Shown here piece by piece: positions 17,353-26,672 of a stretch of 64,000 nt of DNA (positions are counted from its first letter, which is position 1; each line of letters begins with the position of its first letter). Made by a program: the position numbers and the translations under genes. The notes under the pieces were generated by a model. It had not been told where the DNA came from. It ran no database searches and saw nothing but the letters and a program-made list of their open reading frames with translations. Source of the stretch: a virus; the IMG/VR virus record IMGVR_UViG_3300046692_000091, positions 143,261 to 207,260 of that record. One strand, 5' to 3'.

Positions 17353-18735
17353 ATGACTCAAGAAGTTGCTGTATCTGTCGAAGTTGTAACTCCACCAGTA
17401 GTGGAAGCTGTTGTTGTAAAAGAAATCAAAGAAGGTTTCGGTGTTGTAGAGAAAGACCGGAAACTTGCACGTATCGTTGTAATTGATGATGTCGTTAAGC
17501 ATCCTAATGCTGACGCTCTGGAACTGGCTGTTATTGGTGGCTGGCAGCTCTGCGTTAAAATTGGCGAATACAAGAAAGGTGATCGTGCAGTCTACTGTGA
17601 AATCGACTCTCTGCTCCCACTGTCTAACGTAGAACTGTTCGGCTTCCTGGAAGAACGCCGTTCCGATAACCGTCGTGTAAATGGTGTGAACTTTCACCGT
17701 CTGAAAACCATCAAGCTGCGTAAAGAACTTTCGCAAGGTCTGCTGGTGCCAGTTCCTGCTAAGTTCAAAGATGCTCCGGTTGATACTAACCTGACTATCG
17801 AACTTGGTATCCTGAAATACGAAGCCCGTGCACCTATGGAACCTGGTTCGAAAGAAACCCGTGGTTCGGATTGGTACTCGCGTTTGGTTCGACGTATCCT
17901 GGGTAATATTGGCGGTACTCTGCTGCCATGGCCTACTCAGCTGATGAAGTCTGACCAAGATCGCGTACAGAACAAAACTGTTGCTTTCGCTGTGGCTCAA
18001 GAAGAAGGTGAAGAATTCGAAGTTACCTTCAAGCTCGACGGCCAGTCGATGACAGTCTTCTGCATCGATGATAACGGTATCCGTACTGGTGTCTGCTCCC
18101 GTAACTACGAACTGGGTATTGGCGGTGGTCAATGGACATTCGCTGAACAGATCCGTTACTGGGTTGGTACTTTCCTGGCTCGTAACCGTAAGATCATCTC
18201 CTGGAAGAAAACCAAGGATGAAGAAGGTAACTTCAAGCTTAAGGTTCGCTGGAACGGTGTGAACATCCCTGAGTGGAAAGCCAAAACTGAAGGTGGCGAT
18301 AACAACTATACCCGTACTGTTGCTAAGTACGACATCATCGAGAAGCTGAAAGCCTACCAAGCACGTACTGGTGAATTCATCAGCCTGCAAGGCGAACAGA
18401 TCGGTCCTGACATTCAGTCTGGTTTCGAAGGCGTAGAAGAACACGAGTATCATGTCTTCAACGTATACCGCAATGGTAACGAAGAAGTCCTGCCAGAAGA
18501 AGCACGTAAGATTGTTGCTGAACTTGGTCTGACTTACGTCCCAGTGATGCATGAACGTTTCAAGATCCCTGCAGAATTCACTGTTAAGGATATCCTGGCT
18601 ATGGCCGAAGGTCAACGTGCTTTCAACCAGAAGAAAGGTACTTACCGTGAAGGTATCGTGTTCAAGTCGCTGAAACGAGTAATGTCGTGGAAAGCTATCT
18701 CGAATGCTTACCTCTGTAAGAAAGCTGACGAATAA
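17353..18735 (+). CDS. ATP-dependent RNA ligase with N-terminal tRNA-binding (Myf/EMAP-like OB) domain
   Basis: tRNA_bind signature VVKHPNADALELAVIGGWQLCVKIGEYKKGDRAVY; ligase motif I TFKLDGQS; SD 'gaggtgtatttcaATG'. Confidence 0.55.
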   Translation: MTQEVAVSVEVVTPPVVEAVVVKEIKEGFGVVEKDRKLARIVVIDDVVKHPNADALELAVIGGWQLCVKIGEYKKGDRAVYCEIDSLLPLSNVELFGFLEERRSDNRRVNGVNFHRLKTIKLRKELSQGLLVPVPAKFKDAPVDTNLTIELGILKYEARAPMEPGSKETRGSDWYSRLVRRILGNIGGTLLPWPTQLMKSDQDRVQNKTVAFAVAQEEGEEFEVTFKLDGQSMTVFCIDDNGIRTGVCSRNYELGIGGGQWTFAEQIRYWVGTFLARNRKIISWKKTKDEEGNFKLKVRWNGVNIPEWKAKTEGGDNNYTRTVAKYDIIEKLKAYQARTGEFISLQGEQIGPDIQSGFEGVEEHEYHVFNVYRNGNEEVLPEEARKIVAELGLTYVPVMHERFKIPAEFTVKDILAMAEGQRAFNQKKGTYREGIVFKSLKRVMSWKAISNAYLCKKADE

Positions 18736-18743
18736 TCGTAGGC

Positions 18744-18766
18744 GGACCTTCGGGTCCGTTTATGCC
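18744..18766 (+). terminator. hairpin + TTTATG
   Basis: ggaccttcgggtccgtttatgcc after RNA ligase gene. Confidence 0.55.
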
Positions 18767-18777
18767 ATGGTGATAAG

Positions 18778-19137
18778 ATGATCTACGACTTAATTGGTAA
18801 TCAGGTTCACTCTGCACCAAGAACCACGCAAGTTAAATACATAGAAGGAAAGAACGTGACTGAGTTTTATACCAGAGGTAATGGGCGTGAAGTAACCGCA
18901 GTAATGAATGCTTTGGCCCCAGATAAGTTTTCATGTATTCAGGAAGTCATTGCTTGCATGAAAACGGGTGCTACTGATACCTACCGTGTATCGATCACAC
19001 AGAAGCGTTCATTCTGGAGCGGACGTATATACGAGTACGCCATTGTTCGGGACTACTTGGATAACCATGTCTTCGAATCAAAACGTCAGGTCGCCCATAA
19101 ACCCAAACCGTTTAACATAGCCCAAGTTATCGGCTAA
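18778..19137 (+). CDS. hypothetical protein (119 aa)
   Basis: SD 'ggtgataagATG'. Confidence 0.5.
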   Translation: MIYDLIGNQVHSAPRTTQVKYIEGKNVTEFYTRGNGREVTAVMNALAPDKFSCIQEVIACMKTGATDTYRVSITQKRSFWSGRIYEYAIVRDYLDNHVFESKRQVAHKPKPFNIAQVIG

Positions 19138-19268
19138 TAAAAAAGAGATCTAACCGTGAAACGTTTCCTGACCATTGCCTTCTCCGTGCTCATTGGTAGT
19201 ATCCTCGTAACAGGTACTCTCGTTCAACTGCAACTGACCGTTGTCAAAAATCATCAACTGGAATCGAA

Positions 19269-19559
19269 ATGAACAAGCTTTATACTCTCGCTTTTGCTTC
19301 TCTGATTTCATCGTGTGCCGCTACACCGTCTTATGCTACACCTGTCCCTGTACCAGAATTACGTGGTGAGCTGATCGCCACTCGTTGCTTTGTTGCTGAT
19401 GACAAGATTAGCCCAGTAGATTGTCTTGCCGTAGTGGACATCGGCAATCGTCCGAAAGCTTTCGCTACTGACAAGAAAGACTACTCCAACCTAGTTGGTG
19501 AAACCGTAGTTGTGGTTAGTCAGGGTAATGGGTTTAACGATATCGTCTCCAGCAAATAA
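19269..19559 (+). CDS. putative lipoprotein (96 aa)
   Basis: Signal peptide with lipobox MNKLYTLAFASLISSC. Confidence 0.5.
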   Translation: MNKLYTLAFASLISSCAATPSYATPVPVPELRGELIATRCFVADDKISPVDCLAVVDIGNRPKAFATDKKDYSNLVGETVVVVSQGNGFNDIVSSK

Positions 19560-19568
19560 GGTTATCTC

Positions 19569-20045
19569 GTGACAGATCCAAGACAGCAAGAAATAGATTG
19601 CATCGAACTCATGCGTGACCGGTTGATCAAAGAACCACATAACTGGCGTGGTACTGTGTTGGAAGAATCCAGTTGGTACAAGCTGCTAGTGGGTGAACTG
19701 GATCTTACTGAGTTCACAGTAGCATTTCGCTACTTGCTCAGTTATTGGGATAAACGTCGACTTAATGTTGGCGGCATCATGAAAATGGAAACCTATATTC
19801 GCTTGTGGAATTGCCTATCGGATGACGCTAAACAACAATGGCCTGATATCGATATCAAGGTGCATCAGTTTGTCGGTCGTCCAGAATGTGCGATCCATGT
19901 CCTGCAGGATATAATGCGTGGCCCTACTGACATCAGTACTTACCTGGATCAATTTCTGCGCGATGATGTCGGTTCTACCTTCCGCTGGGTACAAGGTATC
20001 CAAAGAGCAAAAGTAACACGCCAACTCAATAAGGAAGCAGCATGA
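19569..20045 (+). CDS. hypothetical protein (158 aa); ends NKEAA
   Basis: ORF; ATGA overlap downstream. Confidence 0.5.
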   Translation: MTDPRQQEIDCIELMRDRLIKEPHNWRGTVLEESSWYKLLVGELDLTEFTVAFRYLLSYWDKRRLNVGGIMKMETYIRLWNCLSDDAKQQWPDIDIKVHQFVGRPECAIHVLQDIMRGPTDISTYLDQFLRDDVGSTFRWVQGIQRAKVTRQLNKEAA

Positions 20046-20443
20046 GTAATCAACCTGTAACGCGTCGTATTTATAACCTGGTTCGCATCAAAGACAAACA
20101 AGGTAAAGCTTACACAGGCTTTGTTGTTGGTCTAGCCGAGAAGTGTGGTGATAGTGAACTCGATGGTCAAGCATTCTATGCCACCGAAGATCTCAGTGGT
20201 TGGACGGATGAACAGTTCGCTTTAGTCAATAAGAAACTGAAGGCCATCTGGGACTGTGCTGTCGATTATCTCGTATGGGATTGCACTCATGGCGATAATG
20301 AGCAATATATTTCCCGCATTTGTCCTGGTGATCTATTGTTGGTCATTGACGACAAAGTTGTTCCGGTTATCGGGGAACTACGTGAACTCATGTTTGAATA
20401 TGAGCACTACACAGTTGATGCCCCTCTGGAGAAAGCAGCATAA
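20042..20443 (+). CDS. hypothetical protein (133 aa); ends LEKAA
   Basis: ORF. Confidence 0.5.
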   Translation: MSNQPVTRRIYNLVRIKDKQGKAYTGFVVGLAEKCGDSELDGQAFYATEDLSGWTDEQFALVNKKLKAIWDCAVDYLVWDCTHGDNEQYISRICPGDLLLVIDDKVVPVIGELRELMFEYEHYTVDAPLEKAA

Positions 20444-20715
20444 TGGCTAAGGCAGTCCGACATAAAAGTGGTGTGTGGATGCAACCAGGTACAGAAGGCT
20501 GGGAAAAGTATCATAACCCACCTGTAATAATGAAAGTACCTAATGCTCCACTCTCACTCGATCAGTACATGGACGAGCTTGATAAGAAGTGGCGTAAAGC
20601 CGAAGGGCGTGTTCCTGTTAAAGAACTGGATGAACGGGGACTGATGCTAGAAGGCCGTATTCCATGGGACCCTGTTCGACTGAAACAACTCACCGAAGAA
20701 CGGTTGGCTGCATGA
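20443..20715 (+). CDS. hypothetical protein (90 aa); ends ERLAA
   Basis: ORF. Confidence 0.5.
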   Translation: MAKAVRHKSGVWMQPGTEGWEKYHNPPVIMKVPNAPLSLDQYMDELDKKWRKAEGRVPVKELDERGLMLEGRIPWDPVRLKQLTEERLAA

Positions 20716-20993
20716 AGTATATCGCTATCCTGATAGGCTTGCTACTATTAAGTGGTTGCGAACCAACAGCTATATACACAACCAAAGGTACTTTGATCGG
20801 AGCTAATTGCGGACCAAAGGTCATGGGTCGTTATGGCACCGCATTTGATTCTGGTTGTGTTGTTGCAGTAAAGACAGATAAGGGAGTTTCGACTTATCCT
20901 GTAAGTGTAGATAATACCACAATTGTAGGTTCATCTGTGGTCGTCATTGAAACTGGCAAGGAAATGTATCGGGTAATAAAGTCAATTGAATAA
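20712..20993 (+). CDS. putative lipoprotein (93 aa)
   Basis: MKYIAILIGLLLLSGC lipobox; ATGA overlap. Confidence 0.5.
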   Translation: MKYIAILIGLLLLSGCEPTAIYTTKGTLIGANCGPKVMGRYGTAFDSGCVVAVKTDKGVSTYPVSVDNTTIVGSSVVVIETGKEMYRVIKSIE

Positions 20994-21072
20994 GGAGATA
21001 ATGTATGTGTAATTTAAGCATACGGTAGCCTGCCTCATTTCGAGGCAGGCACCGCAGTGTGAGTAATTACCA

Positions 21073-21333
21073 ATGTCTGCTGACAAACAAACGCGTGCAT
21101 CAAACCGTTACCACGATTTCCGTATCATCCGTAATCAGTTGTCAATCTGGAAGTTTCACAATCCGACTGGCGGCTGGTTGTCGGCACAGAAGCCATCAGG
21201 CTGGCGTAAACGGAAAGCGATGAACTGTAGTTGTCATACCTGTCGTGGTTGGGCTAAAGATGCGCGTCAATTTCGTTACGATTACCAGTTGGAGAAATCC
21301 GGTATGAAACGTGAAGAATACGAAGGGATCTAA
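21073..21333 (+). CDS. hypothetical Cys/His-rich protein (86 aa)
   Basis: CSCHTCRGW segment. Confidence 0.45.
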   Translation: MSADKQTRASNRYHDFRIIRNQLSIWKFHNPTGGWLSAQKPSGWRKRKAMNCSCHTCRGWAKDARQFRYDYQLEKSGMKREEYEGI

Positions 21334-21488
21334 TGCGTACATTCATGAGTGTTAAAGGCTTTCGGCGTTGGTCTCGTATGGGACTGGCTGGACGAATCAA
21401 ACAGCTCATTAAAGACGACATGGGTAAAATGAGTTGGTTTCGACCAACTCGACAGAAACGCTGGGTTCCTGGTAAGGAGGAAACATGA
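21333..21488 (+). CDS. small basic protein (51 aa), not in ORF track
   Basis: taATG overlap; followed by further tiny ATGA-linked ORFs. Confidence 0.3.
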   Translation: MRTFMSVKGFRRWSRMGLAGRIKQLIKDDMGKMSWFRPTRQKRWVPGKEET

Positions 21489-21680
21489 ACGACGAATGGG
21501 AAGGCTACATCACTAATGAAGAGGAGTGGATCTAATGAGAGAGCTCGATTGGGATCTGTTCGTTAAGGAACTGGTATGAAAGAAGGAGAGATTGATCTCG
21601 GCTTTATGGTTCGACCTGCCCAACACAGTGATGGTTGGGAAGATTACTGTGACGAACGTCCAGATATCTAACAACATATT

Positions 21681-21720
21681 GGCTACCCTTCGGGGTAGCC
21701 TCTATTCCCTTTTCTTTTTT
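21681..21720 (+). terminator. hairpin + T-rich tract
   Basis: ggctacccttcggggtagcc + tctattcccttttcttttttg; same hairpin recurs at 52077. Confidence 0.6.
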
Positions 21721-21747
21721 GAAACTTTTTAAAGGCCTATATTACTT
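21717..21747 (+). promoter_or_regulatory. promoter-like motif actttttaaaggcCTATATTAC
   Basis: Follows terminator and T-run. Confidence 0.5.
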
Positions 21748-21776
21748 TCTTGTAATTACCCACAAGAAGGAAGCTA

Positions 21777-22025
21777 GTGATGTCTCTTACCGCTGTTCTG
21801 TTTTCTACTATGATCGGTTTCAATGAAGGCAACGCTCGCCCTGCGGTACCCAGTCAAGAGAAGATCGAATTCCGTGGTCCGAATGCGATGTCAGCATGTC
21901 GCTCATTCGAACCAACGCTGCATACCAAACCACCCACGCAGTATGGTAACCGCAAAGTGTCAGTTGATACTTACGGGAACGGGATGGTACAGCGTGAAAC
22001 TTTCTGCGTGCAAACGGAGCAATGA
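21777..22025 (+). CDS. hypothetical protein (82 aa)
   Basis: Downstream of CTATATTAC motif; SD 'aaggaagctagtgATG'. Confidence 0.45.
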   Translation: MMSLTAVLFSTMIGFNEGNARPAVPSQEKIEFRGPNAMSACRSFEPTLHTKPPTQYGNRKVSVDTYGNGMVQRETFCVQTEQ

Positions 22026-22396
22026 TGTCAAAACTTAAGGAAGAGATATATAAAGGAGAACTACGTAATTTGGAGTTCTCCTATATCGCAGTAACCCTGC
22101 AAGCACTGTGGGAAAAAGGTTATGAACCATTCTTGATGTCAATGCTGGATGTTGATATCGTATCTGACCATACCTTTCGTATTACCAAAGTAGGTGCGAA
22201 GTGGTATATCAATTGTTCAGGCCTGTTTTCTTGGGATGTTAACTTTACCGTGGAGAATGGTAAAGTAGGTGGGATTTACATTAGTAACACCAACTGCAAA
22301 AGAAAACAACTGTTGTTCCAGTTGCAAGATCTGGTTCTACATATCTTCACTACGTATCACCAGAACGATGTCCAAATCGACTTCACTGTAAATTAA
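22022..22396 (+). CDS. hypothetical protein (124 aa)
   Basis: ATGA overlap. Confidence 0.5.
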   Translation: MMSKLKEEIYKGELRNLEFSYIAVTLQALWEKGYEPFLMSMLDVDIVSDHTFRITKVGAKWYINCSGLFSWDVNFTVENGKVGGIYISNTNCKRKQLLFQLQDLVLHIFTTYHQNDVQIDFTVN

Positions 22397-22399
22397 GTG

Positions 22400-22428
22400 T
22401 TGACACGATAAGAGCCATCACCTATAAT
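22400..22428 (+). promoter_or_regulatory. perfect sigma70 consensus promoter TTGACA-17-TATAAT
   Basis: TTGACAcgataagagccatcaccTATAAT; the -10 hexamer sits in the loop of a 9-bp hairpin (gagccatca/tgatggctc). Confidence 0.55.
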
Positions 22429-22460
22429 GATGGCTCACCCACAGTAAGAAAGGATGCAAC

Positions 22461-22667
22461 ATGAAATACGAAGACCTGCTGCTTAACTCCGACCAGACAC
22501 GGGTTCTGTATCTGGTGGATGTACTCAGAGCAGCAGTGGCTGAAGGGCGTGAAACTCACAAGCCACAAGGGATTGCCATTACGGAAACACTCGCAGTATT
22601 CAGCCTTAATGACGTAGAGCGCAAGGCGTTGCACAGAGAGGCGATTGAACGCCTCCATACCACTTAA
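22461..22667 (+). CDS. hypothetical protein (68 aa)
   Basis: Behind a perfect sigma70 consensus promoter; SD 'aaaggatgcaacATG'; hairpin terminator follows. Confidence 0.5.
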   Translation: MKYEDLLLNSDQTRVLYLVDVLRAAVAEGRETHKPQGIAITETLAVFSLNDVERKALHREAIERLHTT

Positions 22668-22674
22668 CCATAAC

Positions 22675-22700
22675 CGAGCCCCGAAAGGGGCTCATCTGTT
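22675..22700 (+). terminator. hairpin terminator
   Basis: gagccccgaaaggggctc + atctgtttct. Confidence 0.5.
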
Positions 22701-22715
22701 TCTAAGGATTGACAA

Positions 22716-23015
22716 ATGTTTCTAGGTGTTCCAAGTACAGCATGGATCAATGCTATCGCTGTCCTCTTCGGTTTCTGGGGAATCTGGCTTTGTACCTCGG
22801 TATGTGATAGCAAGTCAACCATCAAGCAGATCCCATATGCTACAGCTATTGCTGGTTGCATGAATATTCTTGTAGTGGTACTCAATCTGTCATTGTTTAC
22901 ATACGGCATGTTACTTAAAGCCGAAGTACAACAAGAACGGGCGCATGACATCGCGGAATATCGAGAAGAACTATTCGCTCCAGACATAGTACTACTTGTT
23001 CCAGTAAAGCCTTAA
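22716..23015 (+). CDS. membrane protein (99 aa)
   Basis: Two hydrophobic helices. Confidence 0.45.
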   Translation: MFLGVPSTAWINAIAVLFGFWGIWLCTSVCDSKSTIKQIPYATAIAGCMNILVVVLNLSLFTYGMLLKAEVQQERAHDIAEYREELFAPDIVLLVPVKP

Positions 23016-23045
23016 CCCTTCAAGAAATCCAACAGGAATTGCAAT

Positions 23046-23726
23046 ATGTCCATGTACAGCGGTTTGCAACTTGATCTGAAGTTGCGTTCGGATATCCCAC
23101 CAGCTATCATCGTGTGGCTATCGAAGCATTCTCTAGGTGATGGCAACATTCCTGAAATCAATTCATTCTTCTCTTCTGGTGTTCCATACTTCGAAGATTG
23201 GAAAGGTGGTTCTTTGGTTTTCAAAGAAGATCATTGGCATCTGAAGTCTAATGGCGTTGGTTCCAAATACGACGACATGAAGATTGCATTCTTTCTGCAT
23301 GAACTCCAGCCTTGGATGGTTGAAGAACCTGGCCGTATTCTGGCCCGTACCATTTACGAAGAACATTGTGCTACTGAAGAAGTCTTCTGGATTGACCCAG
23401 AGACAACTCTGGTACGCCGTCGTCGTGGTGTGGTATATGGCTACGACGCACCAATGCAAATGATGCCTATGGGTAAGGAGATAGATGAACCTAAAGGTCA
23501 TTCTGATCATCACCCGAAAGATTGGGATGCCGAAGAATTGGCAGCACCGCTTGGTAACATCGAAGGTTACCCACAACCTAAATGGGCTGATGAATATACC
23601 TTCAACTATCCAGTGAATCCGAAAGTCAATGTGAGAGCAGAGACTAAACGTATCCTGGCAAAACAACACAATGATGGGCACGTAAATAATGTGCTCGCCG
23701 AACTAGCGAAGATGGAAGGGAAGTAA
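23046..23726 (+). CDS. hypothetical protein (226 aa)
   Basis: ORF. Confidence 0.55.
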   Translation: MSMYSGLQLDLKLRSDIPPAIIVWLSKHSLGDGNIPEINSFFSSGVPYFEDWKGGSLVFKEDHWHLKSNGVGSKYDDMKIAFFLHELQPWMVEEPGRILARTIYEEHCATEEVFWIDPETTLVRRRRGVVYGYDAPMQMMPMGKEIDEPKGHSDHHPKDWDAEELAAPLGNIEGYPQPKWADEYTFNYPVNPKVNVRAETKRILAKQHNDGHVNNVLAELAKMEGK

Positions 23727-24139
23727 TGAATATTGTAACATGGCGTGATGCTCGTTTAGTGTTGGTTAAGGATAGCCTGTTGTCATTAGCAGCGCGTCTT
23801 GGTTACATGGGTACGGAGCAATTGAACGAAGTCCCTGTAGGTCAAGGTACCGATGGTTGGAACGTAAGAATCAGCGCCGTCAAAGGCATTGGTCAACGTA
23901 TCAAACACGTCATGGACGTAGAGATCTGGCATGAAGAACCAGGTAGCAAGCGTTGGAAGTTTACAGTTGATGTATTGGGTCAAAACCAGTGCAAGAACTG
24001 TTACTTCCCTGAAGTGCGTGTGAATGAACGAGATGTGGATCGCATCGGGCCGGATGAGTGGGCTGATCTGTGCTTCCTACCAGAAGTCTTTGGTGACTTC
24101 GTTGCAACTGAATTGCTGAACCATTACAACCGGGGATAA
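23726..24139 (+). CDS. hypothetical protein (137 aa)
   Basis: taATG overlap. Confidence 0.5.
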   Translation: MNIVTWRDARLVLVKDSLLSLAARLGYMGTEQLNEVPVGQGTDGWNVRISAVKGIGQRIKHVMDVEIWHEEPGSKRWKFTVDVLGQNQCKNCYFPEVRVNERDVDRIGPDEWADLCFLPEVFGDFVATELLNHYNRG

Positions 24140-24141
24140 TA

Positions 24142-24621
24142 ATGCTTAATCCAACTCGCGGTCTTATTCGCAAAACCGTATTTGGCCAAGATATCCGGCC
24201 AATGCAACCACCCATCAACTGCAAGATCGGTAAAGAGTTGGCGGGTTACATGACCAAGGGACTAGTGGATCGTTTCTTGGAATACGGTTACCTGTCCATG
24301 ATCATAAAGCACAGCAAAGAATACACACCAATCTACACTTTCCAAGCGGCGACACATGTTGAGGAAGTGAAGATTCATGTCATGCCTAAGTGCTTCACCA
24401 TCTATCGTGATAAGGTAGATGGCGATGATCGCGGTATCTACTTCGTCACTGTTAAGTTGGATATGCATTTCAACGTAACTGACGTAGAGATCGAATCAAC
24501 AAAAATGGCTTTCATCGATGTAGCTACCGATCTACATCGTGTCTTGACTGGATACATGAACCAGTTCGACACATTCGGCAAAGCAAAGAACCCAACCCCA
24601 CAAGAAAAAATCGACTGCTAA
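24142..24621 (+). CDS. hypothetical protein (159 aa)
   Basis: ORF. Confidence 0.5.
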   Translation: MLNPTRGLIRKTVFGQDIRPMQPPINCKIGKELAGYMTKGLVDRFLEYGYLSMIIKHSKEYTPIYTFQAATHVEEVKIHVMPKCFTIYRDKVDGDDRGIYFVTVKLDMHFNVTDVEIESTKMAFIDVATDLHRVLTGYMNQFDTFGKAKNPTPQEKIDC

Positions 24622-24630
24622 GGATTAGTA

Positions 24631-25113
24631 ATGAAGATGTCTACTACTGCAAAACGTATTGGCCTGGCGCAACTGGAAGTAGTTGTTAAGGATTTCATTG
24701 GTAGCGGTTACTTGGCTATGTTCACTGCCGCTGCACCTTCGCACACTTTCCGTGTTGCAGAAAACCAGACCTTGGAACTGCGTTATGCAGACTCGGGTAA
24801 AATCAAACGTATTTTTATGGTGTTGACGAATACTCGTTCGACCCGTTCGGAAACTGTGGTATACACAATCCCTCGTGGCGATATCGCCGAGATCAGTGTT
24901 ACCCCAGTTCCAGGTAGTCAACTCCAGAACTACATTAAGCTAGCCATGGAGCTTGCTAATGCAATCGTCGTGGTTCAAGACAGCTGCACTGTAGATGGCG
25001 AACTTCGTGTTAGCTATCCAGGCGGTACTGGTTATTCGGCTATCGATGGTGAAGGCGCAGCTGAAGCATTCGTTCGCATGCGTAACAATGGTAGCCCAGG
25101 AGTTGCAAATTGA
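24631..25113 (+). CDS. hypothetical protein (160 aa)
   Basis: ORF. Confidence 0.55.
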   Translation: MKMSTTAKRIGLAQLEVVVKDFIGSGYLAMFTAAAPSHTFRVAENQTLELRYADSGKIKRIFMVLTNTRSTRSETVVYTIPRGDIAEISVTPVPGSQLQNYIKLAMELANAIVVVQDSCTVDGELRVSYPGGTGYSAIDGEGAAEAFVRMRNNGSPGVAN

Positions 25114-25385
25114 ATATGGTCTTGCTAAACCAGTTCATGTTTTACTTGGTGTCCTTTGCGATTAGCGGTATGTGGTTTACATATCGCGCATTCTCGACTG
25201 GTTGGGAAGCACGAACATATGCTTCTCAATACAAGCCAAGTATTCATGGACTAGATTACAAGGCTCGCTACGATAAGATGTTCAGTTATTTCACGATGAT
25301 GTGTGTAGCTGCAACATTCATGTGGATGTTCTTTTCGGCTCTTCTATTAATAGCTTACTTTGGGGGGACTTATGAAACATCTTGA
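25110..25385 (+). CDS. membrane protein (91 aa)
   Basis: Two TM-like helices. Confidence 0.45.
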   Translation: MNMVLLNQFMFYLVSFAISGMWFTYRAFSTGWEARTYASQYKPSIHGLDYKARYDKMFSYFTMMCVAATFMWMFFSALLLIAYFGGTYETS

Positions 25386-25815
25386 TTTACCCTGCATTTC
25401 AATGCTGAATGGAATCTTGAAGGGGGTGGAACTTAAACGCTTCCAGATGGAAACTCAAGCAATCGGGTACCTCACACAAGCGGAAGGTATGTGGTTGACC
25501 CAGAAGAATTCTCCGATGTTGTATTCGGCGGATGACTGGGTCGGCGAGAAGTTCGATATCCACGCTTATGGTCCAGACAAAGTAGTTCATTCTCAAAAGG
25601 TGTATGTAATCACCCATTACCATGATGAATGGAAACTTATTCTGTCTTCACCAGAAACGGCGATGGAAAACTTACCGCAGCTCATGCGTAACCTGCGTTT
25701 GGATGAAGCACTTATCCCAGATATGATTCTACTGAATCTGGATCTGTATCCACCTCAAGGACGGAGACCAAAAAGGGGTTGGCTGTATGACCCTAAAAAC
25801 CACTTCTGGAGTTAA
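25372..25815 (+). CDS. hypothetical protein (147 aa)
   Basis: Internal ATG chosen to limit overlap. Confidence 0.45.
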   Translation: MKHLDLPCISMLNGILKGVELKRFQMETQAIGYLTQAEGMWLTQKNSPMLYSADDWVGEKFDIHAYGPDKVVHSQKVYVITHYHDEWKLILSSPETAMENLPQLMRNLRLDEALIPDMILLNLDLYPPQGRRPKRGWLYDPKNHFWS

Positions 25816-25818
25816 GAC

Positions 25819-26208
25819 ATGAAGTTACTTAAAATCATGCTGGCTACAGTAATCGCATTCGGGGTGGTGTTAAGCCATCCCGTTATGGCGGTTCCTGAAC
25901 CGACCCAAGAGACAGGAATCTCGGCAGAAACATGCACCACAGCTGGTCGTTATATCGCGGACGTACTTCGGATGATACAGGAAGGTCGTACCAATATTGA
26001 GATCATGTCATGGCTCGATAGCGTTACACCCGATGCCAAGGAAAAACCACAGGCTTATCTAGGTGTGGTAATGGTAAAACTAAATGTCGTATCCGCTCGG
26101 GTGGCTTTAACAAAAGCATACAAGCCCAGCGTGATACGGCAAAAACAAATTTCTGATTGCATGACAAAAGATGGCACGCAATTAATGGTTTACGGAAAAA
26201 CACAATGA
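25819..26208 (+). CDS. secreted protein (129 aa)
   Basis: Signal peptide MKLLKIMLATVIAFGVVLSHPVMA. Confidence 0.5.
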   Translation: MKLLKIMLATVIAFGVVLSHPVMAVPEPTQETGISAETCTTAGRYIADVLRMIQEGRTNIEIMSWLDSVTPDAKEKPQAYLGVVMVKLNVVSARVALTKAYKPSVIRQKQISDCMTKDGTQLMVYGKTQ

Positions 26209-26672
26209 AACTGAATGTAATCAACCTGCTCAGCAAAACCTTTGGTGAGCGTTATGTATCGGCTAGTGACCTGTTCCGCAAATCACTGAACACGGTAGCT
26301 ACTCCAGTAATGGGTAGCAAGAAAGCAGTACTGTGGATCATTGTTGACAATGGTCAACGTGGTGAAGATGTTACTCGTCGTCACTATGAAACGATGTTGG
26401 CAGAAGACTCGTTGATCGCAGGTAAAGAAATGCCAATCGATCCGTACGGTGGTCCTCGTGAACTGGCTGTCCGTTTGCTGCAACAAGGTTACGAAATGAA
26501 GTTGACTTTGATTCCACCTGGATTCGAAGATACTGAGCGTTATCTGTCGTTACACCATTCCGCTATGGTTTCCGAACATAAAGACATTCAGGCTGTGTGC
26601 TATAACCTGGATAACCGTGTTATGCCAGAAGCGGACCCTGAACCACTTAAGATTGAAGGAATCAATACATGA
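26205..26672 (+). CDS. hypothetical protein (155 aa)
   Basis: ATGA overlap with upstream gene. Confidence 0.5.
   Translation: MKLNVINLLSKTFGERYVSASDLFRKSLNTVATPVMGSKKAVLWIIVDNGQRGEDVTRRHYETMLAEDSLIAGKEMPIDPYGGPRELAVRLLQQGYEMKLTLIPPGFEDTERYLSLHHSAMVSEHKDIQAVCYNLDNRVMPEADPEPLKIEGINT

Noticed and set aside
17350-18615. 421-aa minus-strand ORF antisense to the RNA ligase gene
   Set aside because: Low-complexity shadow frame; the plus-strand gene carries tRNA_bind and KxDG motifs.
19156-19269. GTG-initiated 37-codon hydrophobic ORF in the gap before 19269
   Set aside because: Plausible gap-filling TM peptide, but it relies on a GTG start and a weak SD; not listed as a feature.
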